A stretch of DNA of 64,000 nucleotides from a candidate division WOR-3 bacterium (GTDB taxonomy: Bacteria; Hydrothermota; Hydrothermia; JBDRYB01). The notes under the pieces are model-generated. The model made no database searches, was not told the origin of the DNA, and worked only from the letters and a program-made list of their open reading frames with translations. The stretch lies in assembly GCA_039803205.1 (NCBI GenBank), contig JBDRYB010000004.1, positions 74,371-138,370 on the forward strand, written 5' to 3'. The position numbers and the translations under genes were made by a program. Below are positions 47,043 through 55,191 of this stretch, piece by piece (the first letter of the stretch is position 1; the number at the start of each line of letters is the position of its first letter).

Positions 47043-47789
47043 TCATCTCACAACCACCTTTCCCTTGTGAGTATCTGCTATCCAGATATAGACACCTTTT
47101 TCTAGGCTTATCGTAGTTTCACCCCTTTTCAGTTGTCCAGAATATGCAAGCCTGCCATCGGCAGAGTATATCCTCAGAGGGACATCAAGAGCAGAAAGGA
47201 AAAGCGCGGCGCTAGGAACAAGAGAGCAGGTTATCGGTGGTTGTTGATTGATGCTGATTTCCTCATGCTCAAGAAGAGCTTCGCACGGATCGGCTATTGT
47301 GAGATCAGGAGAGTTCACAGCCAAAGTTGGGGTTACGACTATGGGATCACATGATGTAATACTGGAAGGTAAAGATATGGTCAAGGCCGGACTCAAAGCC
47401 ATAGGGGAACAATCCTGAACGCATCCGGGGTAATTCCCTTCCCGGTCAAGCTTGAGTAACAGAACATCATAATTGCCAGCACCGAAACTCTGCGTTCGTC
47501 CGACGATAGCATAATCCCCATCCGCTGTCTGGATTATGGATCTGGGATATTCTACATAGTCATTGCTTGGGCCTCCGAAAGTCCTTGCCCACGCTATACT
47601 GCCGTCTGAAGCCAGCTTGATCGCGAGGATGTCGTATCCGCCCGCGCCAAAACTATTCGTGTATCCCGTGACCGCGTAGCCTCCATCCGCGGTTTGGATT
47701 ATGGGATAGGCCACATCATCATTTGTCCCCCCATAGCTCTTCGCAAAGAGACCCTGGGAGACGAGCACGGTTATAAAAAGGTTCGTCAT
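47043..47789 (-). CDS. Short secreted repeat protein with T9SS-like C-terminal domain
   Basis: Two units of (Y/F)GG..D....IIQTADG.YA..G.T.SFGAG.YD...KL; Cys/Pro/Ser/Thr linker; LRIYSADGRL...GVY...KVVVR. Confidence 0.7.
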   Translation of the reverse strand: MTNLFITVLVSQGLFAKSYGGTNDDVAYPIIQTADGGYAVTGYTNSFGAGGYDILAIKLASDGSIAWARTFGGPSNDYVEYPRSIIQTADGDYAIVGRTQSFGAGNYDVLLLKLDREGNYPGCVQDCSPMALSPALTISLPSSITSCDPIVVTPTLAVNSPDLTIADPCEALLEHEEISINQQPPITCSLVPSAALFLSALDVPLRIYSADGRLAYSGQLKRGETTISLEKGVYIWIADTHKGKVVVR

Positions 47790-47814
47790 GATAAAAACTC
47801 CGTAGTTTTCGGGT

Positions 47815-47864
47815 AAAAAAGGCCGACTGGAACGATCAGGAGGTGTAAAACTTTCCAGTCGGCC
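47815..47864 (-). terminator. Intrinsic terminator with a 20-nt anti-SD loop
   Basis: Perfect 12-bp stem GGCCGACTGGAA/TTCCAGTCGGCC + U6 on the minus strand; loop AGUUUUACACCUCCUGAUCG. Confidence 0.8.
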
Positions 47865-47928
47865 CGGATGAATCGTCCTGCCCTTGCTGAATGCCTTCTC
47901 GTGGACATGAAAGAACTCCTTCGCTCTC

Positions 47929-48348
47929 TCAGCAGGAGAGGGCTTCCTGTTTTTCAACCAGGGCCCTTCCGGCTATTATCCACGAGAGATAAGCGCTGGA
48001 TTCCCTTATTAATGACCTCGCCAGATCCAGATGTTCTGCGTTTCGCAGGGCCAAGACCATATAGCACCTGACATCATCAAGCGGAGCCACTATCAGGCTC
48101 ATATTTCGTGTGCTCAGCACTAGGTCAAGGGTCTTCCCAACCCGTTCGCGTCCACCAAGCGCTTCAAGCGCCCAGGATTGCTGGGTCAGCATGTCACCTA
48201 GCACGGCAGAAGCGGAGAGGGCATCCAGGCTTTCATCACCAACCAGGGCAAGGGACTCTGCGGTCTCCGCGTCGCAGATCCCCATGAACAAAAGCCCAGG
48301 GAGCCGGTGGCTTATTTTTTCGAGGGCTTCCTTGAGTTGCTGTCTCAT
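47929..48348 (-). CDS. Roadblock/LC7-like small protein
   Basis: 139 aa with a helix-strand pattern typical of roadblock folds (LPGLLFMG.CD..T...L, DLVLST, L.LAR); GGAGGTG SD. Confidence 0.6.
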   Translation of the reverse strand: MRQQLKEALEKISHRLPGLLFMGICDAETAESLALVGDESLDALSASAVLGDMLTQQSWALEALGGRERVGKTLDLVLSTRNMSLIVAPLDDVRCYMVLALRNAEHLDLARSLIRESSAYLSWIIAGRALVEKQEALSC

Positions 48349-48470
48349 CTTTCACCTCCGATCGTTTCGTCCATATTTATAAAAAATCCGCCTAAGCATT
48401 GCCTAAGCGCGGAGGCCTCAACGCTTGCCGTGGTTGCATTTGTCATAGCTTATGCCATATATTCTTTGCT

Positions 48471-50048
48471 ATGGACACACTGGAGAAGGTAAGGGAAGGG
48501 GTTCGGCTCCTGGAGGAGGGACTCGTGGCTGAGGCGGAGGATTACATCCGGTCCATGAGGACAAACGATCCCCTGGCGGCTTCGCTGGTGGAGGTCTATC
48601 TGGCACTCCGAAGGCACAACCCCTCGGAGGTGATCAGGCTCGGCTCCCGGCTATCAAAGAATGTTTCAGAGAAACCGGAGCTCGGCGGAATGTTCTTTAT
48701 CTGGATGGGCAGTGCTTACAGGTTAATGGGGGAACCCGATACCGCGGAGAACTATTTTCTGCGGGCAATTGATTTCAGCGAACACACGGGCCAACCGGAT
48801 TTAGCCTCTGTGGCAAGAACAGAGATATTCTTCCTCATGTTTTCAAAAGGGGAATATGTGCCGCTATATAGGAGAGTCAAAGATTTTCTTCGGACCAAAG
48901 GGCACGGGGGAGGGATTCTCGCGCTATACCTGCTTTCTACCCTGGAGATAATCCGAGGCGAACCAACAAAGGCTCTAGACATCATAGACTCCCTACTTGA
49001 ATCTGGGGAAACCGGAAGGTTTCGACTCAGCTTACTAGAGCTCAGGGGCTTGGCGCTTCGGCTCGCTGGGGGTCTTGAGGGGGCGGTTGAGAATTTCTTG
49101 GAATCAGCCAAGGGATATGCCGAGATGGATGGGGCCTATTCTGTTTTCCCTGTCGCGAAGGCGCTTGAGATAACAAGACTAGCGAGCCTGGAGAGTCCGC
49201 CAGCCAGTCTTCTGAGCAAATGCGCCGAACTTGGCAAAAGGGGCGGATGGGGGGAACAGGCTGCTGTCAAGGAAATAGAGGCTCTCGTCTCACCCGAGGA
49301 CGATATCGCGGCCCAAGGACTTTATCAAGCTAGCATTGATTATTTCAGGGTCTATCAGCCATTAGAGGCGTTCGTTTCCGGCCTAAGCTCGGCCTTCCTT
49401 GCATGGAGATGTGAGTCACCAGTATTCTCAAGGGCCGCAAGGTTCATCGCGCCCCTCGCGCCCCTGCATCCCGGATTTGCTTCTGATCCTCTATTGGGTG
49501 AGTTTCTGAGTAGTCTGAGTCCCCTGCTTTGCTATCAGGTTAAACCGACCTCTGACCGCGGAATAAGGGCCCATCTTGCGGGCGAGTTCTTGGTGAGCGT
49601 GGATGGGCGAAGACTCTCACTTACAGGATGGCGGAACGACAAGGCCCTGATGATCCTGGTCTATCTCCTTCTCTCACCAAAGCACAGGATGGCCTGGGAT
49701 CACCTGCTTTTTCTCCTCTGGCCAAAAGAGAGAGACAGAAAAAAGGCAAAAAACCGGCTCCATGTCGCGGTTAGCATCCTGAGAAAACACCTGGCAAGGC
49801 CGGGCGTGCTTTCCAGAAAAAGGGATTTCTACCAGCTTGAGGATGTCTGGACAGACCTCGGAGAAATTGAAAACCTACTCCGGCTCGCGGACGCGACCCA
49901 TGATCCGGCCGAAAAGGAGGAACTCCTCGCGCGGGCCCGTGAGCTCGCGAAGGGCGAATTACTGCCAGAATTCCCCTATGACCGCTATATTGACGAATAC
50001 AGGCAATACTATGAGAGGCTTAGAAGGAGGCTTTTCGGGGAAAAATAA
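48471..50048 (+). CDS. TPR + winged-helix/BTAD (SARP/AfsR-like) transcriptional regulator
   Basis: N-terminal TPR helices; GEF.V.VDG...W...KA..IL.YLL, LLWP...NRLHVAVS.LRK.L, GELLPE.PYD. Confidence 0.75.
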   Translation: MDTLEKVREGVRLLEEGLVAEAEDYIRSMRTNDPLAASLVEVYLALRRHNPSEVIRLGSRLSKNVSEKPELGGMFFIWMGSAYRLMGEPDTAENYFLRAIDFSEHTGQPDLASVARTEIFFLMFSKGEYVPLYRRVKDFLRTKGHGGGILALYLLSTLEIIRGEPTKALDIIDSLLESGETGRFRLSLLELRGLALRLAGGLEGAVENFLESAKGYAEMDGAYSVFPVAKALEITRLASLESPPASLLSKCAELGKRGGWGEQAAVKEIEALVSPEDDIAAQGLYQASIDYFRVYQPLEAFVSGLSSAFLAWRCESPVFSRAARFIAPLAPLHPGFASDPLLGEFLSSLSPLLCYQVKPTSDRGIRAHLAGEFLVSVDGRRLSLTGWRNDKALMILVYLLLSPKHRMAWDHLLFLLWPKERDRKKAKNRLHVAVSILRKHLARPGVLSRKRDFYQLEDVWTDLGEIENLLRLADATHDPAEKEELLARARELAKGELLPEFPYDRYIDEYRQYYERLRRRLFGEK

Positions 50049-50049
50049 A

Positions 50050-50070
50050 GCTGGGCCAGAATGGCCTAGC
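50050..50070 (-). terminator. Probable terminator for argF
   Basis: Minus strand GCTAGGCCA-TTC-TGGCCCAGC followed by TTTATTTTT. Confidence 0.45.
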
Positions 50071-50090
50071 CAAACCGCAATCATCGTTTT

Positions 50091-50996
50091 CTATACGAGC
50101 AAGAACCTCAAGAGCGCCTTCTGCGCGTGAAGGCGGTTTTCTGCCTGGTCATAGACTATTGAATATGGAGCGTCTATGACCTCATCGGTGACCTCTTCAC
50201 CCCTGTGAGCAGGGAGGCAATGCATGAACATCGCGCCCTCCCGTGCCTTTGCCATGAGGTCCTCGTTGACCTGATAAGGCGCAAAGACCTTCTTGCGGAC
50301 CTCTGCCTCGGATTCCTGGCCCATTGATGCCCAGACATCAGTGTAGACGAAGTGAGCATCACGGACGGCTTCGGCTGGGTCGTTCGTGATGAAGATCTTT
50401 GCGCCGGATGCCCTGGCTTCCTCCTGGGCTCTCTCAACGATAAATGGCTTGGGCTCGTATCCGGGAGGCGTCGCGAGCGAGACATTTACCCCAAGCCTCG
50501 CTCCCATTAGCAGAAGGGAGTGTGCCACATTGTTCCCATCGCCAACAAATGCGAGCGTGAAATTGAGACTCCCCTTCTTCTCCCACATGGTGAGGAAATC
50601 CGCGAGTGCCTGGCAGGGATGCTCAAGGTCAGAGAGCGCGTTTATGACCGGGATACGGGTTTTTGCCATTATCTCCAATGCCTCGTGAGCGTAAACCCTC
50701 GCTATTATCCCATCGCACCAGCGCTCAAGGTTTAGTGCAACATCCTTCACACCCTCTCTTTTACCGAGACTTATGTCCCCTGGGGCAAGATATATTCCAC
50801 GAGCGCCCATCTGAAGCAGGCCAACCTCAAAGGTCACCCTTGTCCGAAGCGATTGCTTTTCAAAGATGAGAGCGAAAACAGCGCCCTCAAGCTCCCTGCT
50901 CACATAACGGGGTTTCATGGACCGCGCCATCTCAAGGACACGAAGCATTTCATCCCTTGAGAGGTCAAGAACCGAGAGAAAATCTCGCTTTTTCAT
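50091..50996 (-). CDS. argF: Ornithine carbamoyltransferase
   Basis: FEKQSLRT, HPCQALAD, GDGNNV, TDVWASMG, HCLPAHRGEE, QAENR. Confidence 0.93.
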   Translation of the reverse strand: MKKRDFLSVLDLSRDEMLRVLEMARSMKPRYVSRELEGAVFALIFEKQSLRTRVTFEVGLLQMGARGIYLAPGDISLGKREGVKDVALNLERWCDGIIARVYAHEALEIMAKTRIPVINALSDLEHPCQALADFLTMWEKKGSLNFTLAFVGDGNNVAHSLLLMGARLGVNVSLATPPGYEPKPFIVERAQEEARASGAKIFITNDPAEAVRDAHFVYTDVWASMGQESEAEVRKKVFAPYQVNEDLMAKAREGAMFMHCLPAHRGEEVTDEVIDAPYSIVYDQAENRLHAQKALLRFLLV

Positions 50997-51000
50997 TTAA

Positions 51001-52134
51001 TCACTTCTGCTTTCCCTCAAGCTCAAGGGCCTTCTTGAAGGCATCCATGGACTCCTTCTTGCGGTTGAGGTTCTTGAGTATAGCGCCCTTGAGATTGTAG
51101 GCCTCAGGGGTCTCCCTTATTGAGATGGCCATATCAATTGCTACGAGAGCCTTTTCCTGATCGGATTTCTGATCGCTCGGAAGATAAGCGCCCGCTAAAA
51201 GGAACCAGCCGTTGTAGTCGTTTGGCTTCATGGATGTGTATTTCTCCAAAGCGGCGGCGGCCTCGGCTGATTTCTCTATCTTTATGTAGCATATGCCCAG
51301 GTTGAGCCAGGCCTCGCCCAGGGTCTCATCCAGCTTAGTTGCTTTCGCGAAGTTCTCGGCCGCGACGGTATAGTGCTTCAGGATTTGGGGCTTGAGCGCC
51401 TCTTTTTCCTTGGGATCCTTTGACTCGTTATACTTGTCTTCGATCTTCTTGCCCCTCTCAAAGTTGATGAAACCGAGCTCCTTGTAGGCCTCGGCGTAGG
51501 CCGTATCCAGCTTGAGGGCCTCCAGCACGAGCTTCTCCGCCTCATCCAGTTTCCCGTCCTGCTCAGCGAACAAAGCGAGGTGCAGTTTTACTTGGGGATT
51601 CTTCGGATCCAGCCTGTCCGCCTCAACCAGGGCCTTTCTCGCGCTCGCTGTATCATTCATCTGCTCGTAGGCAGAGACCAAGAGGAGATACGCCTTTGCC
51701 TCACTGGGACGCAGATCCTTCGCCTCTTCAAAGTATTTCAGCGCGCTTTTCGCATCGCCCTCATTAAGGAAGTTTATCCCGGCGTTAAGGATAACCTGAT
51801 AAACCCCCCCAGCGTCAAACACAGAGGCTCCGGCTATTGTGAGCTCGCGGTTTATGACATCCGGATTCCTGGTGGAACTATCCATAGCAAAGGCCTTCAT
51901 GAAGAAATCGGCCGCGGCATTGTAATCCTCCTCACTGGCCTTGATAACCCCCATCCACAGATATGGCTTGGCACTGGTGGGTTCGGATTCGGCCCAAGCT
52001 TGGGCTTCGGACATAGCCTTCGCGTTGTCCCTTTGCTGGATGTATATCTTGACCGAAGAGGCGTGGGGGTTGCCGGCAACACAACCAGCGATAACAGCAC
52101 CTATGCTAACAAAGACAAAGCTCCTTCTGAACAT
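51001..52134 (-). CDS. TPR-repeat lipoprotein
   Basis: Lipobox VIAG-C, many TPR motifs; ATG 52134 after GGAGG. Confidence 0.8.
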   Translation of the reverse strand: MFRRSFVFVSIGAVIAGCVAGNPHASSVKIYIQQRDNAKAMSEAQAWAESEPTSAKPYLWMGVIKASEEDYNAAADFFMKAFAMDSSTRNPDVINRELTIAGASVFDAGGVYQVILNAGINFLNEGDAKSALKYFEEAKDLRPSEAKAYLLLVSAYEQMNDTASARKALVEADRLDPKNPQVKLHLALFAEQDGKLDEAEKLVLEALKLDTAYAEAYKELGFINFERGKKIEDKYNESKDPKEKEALKPQILKHYTVAAENFAKATKLDETLGEAWLNLGICYIKIEKSAEAAAALEKYTSMKPNDYNGWFLLAGAYLPSDQKSDQEKALVAIDMAISIRETPEAYNLKGAILKNLNRKKESMDAFKKALELEGKQK

Positions 52135-52247
52135 AGCTCTATCCTCCAAAACTCAGAGGCAAATTATTGCACAGGCCGTAGAGCAGATTCAACCTGCCCC
52201 AGGGGGTCTGGAACAACTTGAGCCGCTCCGGAGTCTATCTTTAAGCT

Positions 52248-52928
52248 ATGCAAATGAGCCTTTTTTTCCTTGTTTCAGCGCTTCCGTTTTATTCGGGAGA
52301 GACCCTTACATTCAAGGTCAAATACGGCTTCATATCAGCTGGCGAGATGACCCTCGTTGTCCTCGGAATAGAGGAAAAGAACGGAATTTCCTGCTGGCAC
52401 TTCAGGCTCAGGGCCGACGGCGGAATCCCCCTCTACAATGTTAAGGACGAGATACATTCCTGGGTTTCTGTCTCGGATTTCGCGACGGTCTATTATCAGA
52501 AGGACATAAACGAAGGGAGTTATCACAAGAAGGCCTGGATAGCATACGATCCTGAGAGCTACAGGGCCGTATATCCAGAAGGGGATACCTTGGATATTCC
52601 AAAGGGCGCGCTTGACCCCCTTGCTGTTTTCTACTATGCCAGAAAGCTCCCCCTTGATGAGGGCAAGGTATTCTGGGTTCCTTACCATGTTGATAGGCGA
52701 TCCGAGATGATGAAGGTTGAGGTGAAGAATAAGGAGAGGGTCAAGGTCCCATATGGGGAGTTTGATTGCTATCTGGTCGAACCAAGGGTATCCACTGGAA
52801 AGAACATATTCGGCGCGAAGGGCGGCCTAAAGATATGGTTTACCGCGGACGACCAGAAGTTGCCCGTGAGGGTTGAAACCCAAGTAACCTTCGGATCAAT
52901 GACGGCCGAGCTGAAGGATAAAAAGTAG
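52248..52928 (+). CDS. DUF3108-like exported protein
   Basis: PF..GETL.F.VKYGFI.AG, D.L...YYAR, VPYGEFDC, IWFT.D..KLPV....FGS..AEL. Confidence 0.75.
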   Translation: MQMSLFFLVSALPFYSGETLTFKVKYGFISAGEMTLVVLGIEEKNGISCWHFRLRADGGIPLYNVKDEIHSWVSVSDFATVYYQKDINEGSYHKKAWIAYDPESYRAVYPEGDTLDIPKGALDPLAVFYYARKLPLDEGKVFWVPYHVDRRSEMMKVEVKNKERVKVPYGEFDCYLVEPRVSTGKNIFGAKGGLKIWFTADDQKLPVRVETQVTFGSMTAELKDKK

Positions 52929-52933
52929 CGTCT

Positions 52934-55102
52934 CTATCTTATTACTGCCTTAGCCTCCTGGCTCCTGCCTCCAACAGAAAGCAGCCCGATGTATATCCCA
53001 GGATTAAAGCCGGTCTCGGTTTGCGTTTTCCCGGTTCCTATCCCATCGTATAACCTGACCATCCTTCCGGTGGCATCATATATCCTTAGGCTAAAGGAGG
53101 CTCCCTCAGGCACTATGAACGCGAAGCCCTTCTCCGATGGCCTTATGCTCACCTCTCCTTTGATAGGCTCCTCTTTCTCCGCGATGCCAGTTATATCAAC
53201 GATGGTCCTTACCGGGTGAGACCAGTCTGCCCATCCCCGCGGGGTGTTTTTTGGTTTTACCCTGTGGTAATATATGCCGTTGCTGGGAACGCTCACCTTG
53301 TAGCTTGTGGCTGTTATGTTCGTGTCAATGGTCATCGTGTCCACGAAGTAGGCTATCTTTATGTCGTCAACATAGACGCCCTGGCCTCGGGTTCCTGGGT
53401 CAAGCATGTAGTATATTGCAAAGTAAAGCCACTTGCCTGTCCAAGGAGCAAGGGAATAAGCCTTTCTGACCCAGTTGGAGCTGCTTCCCCACCACTTGTC
53501 AAGGAACTCCCAATCCCTCCCGTTCTCTGAGACAGCAACCTCAACGGCATCGTAGTAGCTCTCGGTGCTATACCATATCCAGAAGGTAAGGGAGTCGTTG
53601 GCGCTCTTAACATAGTAGGGCCAACAGGTTGAGAGCATGCGGCACTTGTTGTTAGCGGTATTGTTCGCTTCATAGGAATAACTCCCTGAATGCGCCCTTG
53701 TCGTGCTCCTTGTCCAATCGCCCGAGTGAAGGTCAAGATACCCGTAATTGGACTCGCAGTCATCCGTGAACTCGGTGTAGCCGATCATCCTTTGGAGATG
53801 GTATTTGGTTGGGTTTGACCTCGGGTTCTTTATTGCCCAGGAAACCGTGAATGTGTCCGTGTGAGAGGTCTCAGGAGCGCTGATTGAGCCTATTATGGGA
53901 TAAGGAACCGTGTTGTTCCTTATGTTTCCCGCCTCCTGCATGAGGTAAAGGGCGCCGCGGAAGTTCTCAACGACTATGGTGTCAAGGTCAGGGGTCTGGG
54001 GCGGCTGAAACTGAGAAGCCTCCTCAACCGTGTATGCTGGGGTTATCCTCCCCCCGGTGTAATAGAACCAGCCGTAGATCCAGTCATCCGAATCCCCTGA
54101 GGTCGGGTAAAGGTCAGAGCTCTGTATGGCCTGGTATCCCCCTATTTGCGAGGCTATCGCCTGGCCGACCCTCCTGAGGAGGGTGTCGTCCGGAGCAGTT
54201 GCCTGGGTGTAGCCGAGGGGCCAAAGAACCAGCTCAGAGTATGTGTGATAGCCTATGGCCGCATCCAATTCCCTCGTCTTCACGAATCGCTGAACCGCGA
54301 GGACCTCCGAATCAGCCGGAAGAAGGCCTGTGTGAACTTCATCAGCGGGATAATGGCTCGCTTTGCTTGAATCAACCGCTCCCCAAGCCCCCCTCGCTAC
54401 ACCGTTCTCAGCTCCGTCGTAGTTCCTATTCAGGTCAGTGCCGTAGACCCCATAGGCTGAGAAATAGTGCCTGTTCTTGCGCCAGTCGTTCCCCTGATCG
54501 TGGCAGTAATAGTAGCCATCAGGATTAACGCATGGTATAAAATAGATCTCTCTGTTGTTCACCACATCCGTTATGTTGGAGACAGTGCCATACGCCTTTG
54601 TCATGGTGTCTATTATGAATATAGGGGTTGCAACTGCTGGCCATTCCCTCGCGTGGTGAAGCCCCATAACGAGGACCTCCGGCTCATCCTCATCCTGGGT
54701 TGGATTGTCCGAGAGCTTCAGCATGAGCATTGGCCTCCCCTGATATGTCCAGCCTATTGTGTCAAGGACGCAGATATTTGAGTATGTCGTGGCCTTGTTC
54801 TGGAGGAATGTGAGTATCTGAGCCCAAGTCATGTAGCTGACATCAGCCTTTTCCAAGGTTGCCTTAGGGTTCGGGTCAATTATCTTCACGGGAAGGCCGA
54901 GGCTCCTCACGGTCATCATCTGGCCATCGTTGTGTATCCAGAAGTCCGTGTATTGGCCCAGCTTGCCTCCTACCCTATCAAGGCCCTTGGATTCGGTTGC
55001 CATGAGCGCGGCGAGGATCTCAGTTTCCGTGCCGTAGACCCTCACGATAGCATCCCCAAAGAGTGGGGCAACTACCAACGCTGATAGGAAAATTCCTCTC
55101 AT
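52934..55102 (-). CDS. Secreted M14 zinc carboxypeptidase with beta-sandwich domains and T9SS-like C-terminal domain
   Basis: HHAREW, NPDGY, WRKNR, DLNRN, HTYSE, LYPTSG.SDDW; LRIYDATGR...GIY...KAVIR. Confidence 0.9.
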   Translation of the reverse strand: MRGIFLSALVVAPLFGDAIVRVYGTETEILAALMATESKGLDRVGGKLGQYTDFWIHNDGQMMTVRSLGLPVKIIDPNPKATLEKADVSYMTWAQILTFLQNKATTYSNICVLDTIGWTYQGRPMLMLKLSDNPTQDEDEPEVLVMGLHHAREWPAVATPIFIIDTMTKAYGTVSNITDVVNNREIYFIPCVNPDGYYYCHDQGNDWRKNRHYFSAYGVYGTDLNRNYDGAENGVARGAWGAVDSSKASHYPADEVHTGLLPADSEVLAVQRFVKTRELDAAIGYHTYSELVLWPLGYTQATAPDDTLLRRVGQAIASQIGGYQAIQSSDLYPTSGDSDDWIYGWFYYTGGRITPAYTVEEASQFQPPQTPDLDTIVVENFRGALYLMQEAGNIRNNTVPYPIIGSISAPETSHTDTFTVSWAIKNPRSNPTKYHLQRMIGYTEFTDDCESNYGYLDLHSGDWTRSTTRAHSGSYSYEANNTANNKCRMLSTCWPYYVKSANDSLTFWIWYSTESYYDAVEVAVSENGRDWEFLDKWWGSSSNWVRKAYSLAPWTGKWLYFAIYYMLDPGTRGQGVYVDDIKIAYFVDTMTIDTNITATSYKVSVPSNGIYYHRVKPKNTPRGWADWSHPVRTIVDITGIAEKEEPIKGEVSIRPSEKGFAFIVPEGASFSLRIYDATGRMVRLYDGIGTGKTQTETGFNPGIYIGLLSVGGRSQEAKAVIR

Positions 55103-55191
55103 CTTAACCTCCCTACGAGTTTCAGATTATAAAGCGAAAGCCATGAACGATCAAGTTGAAGGGCTAACTGACCTTAATTTATACTCTGAGC

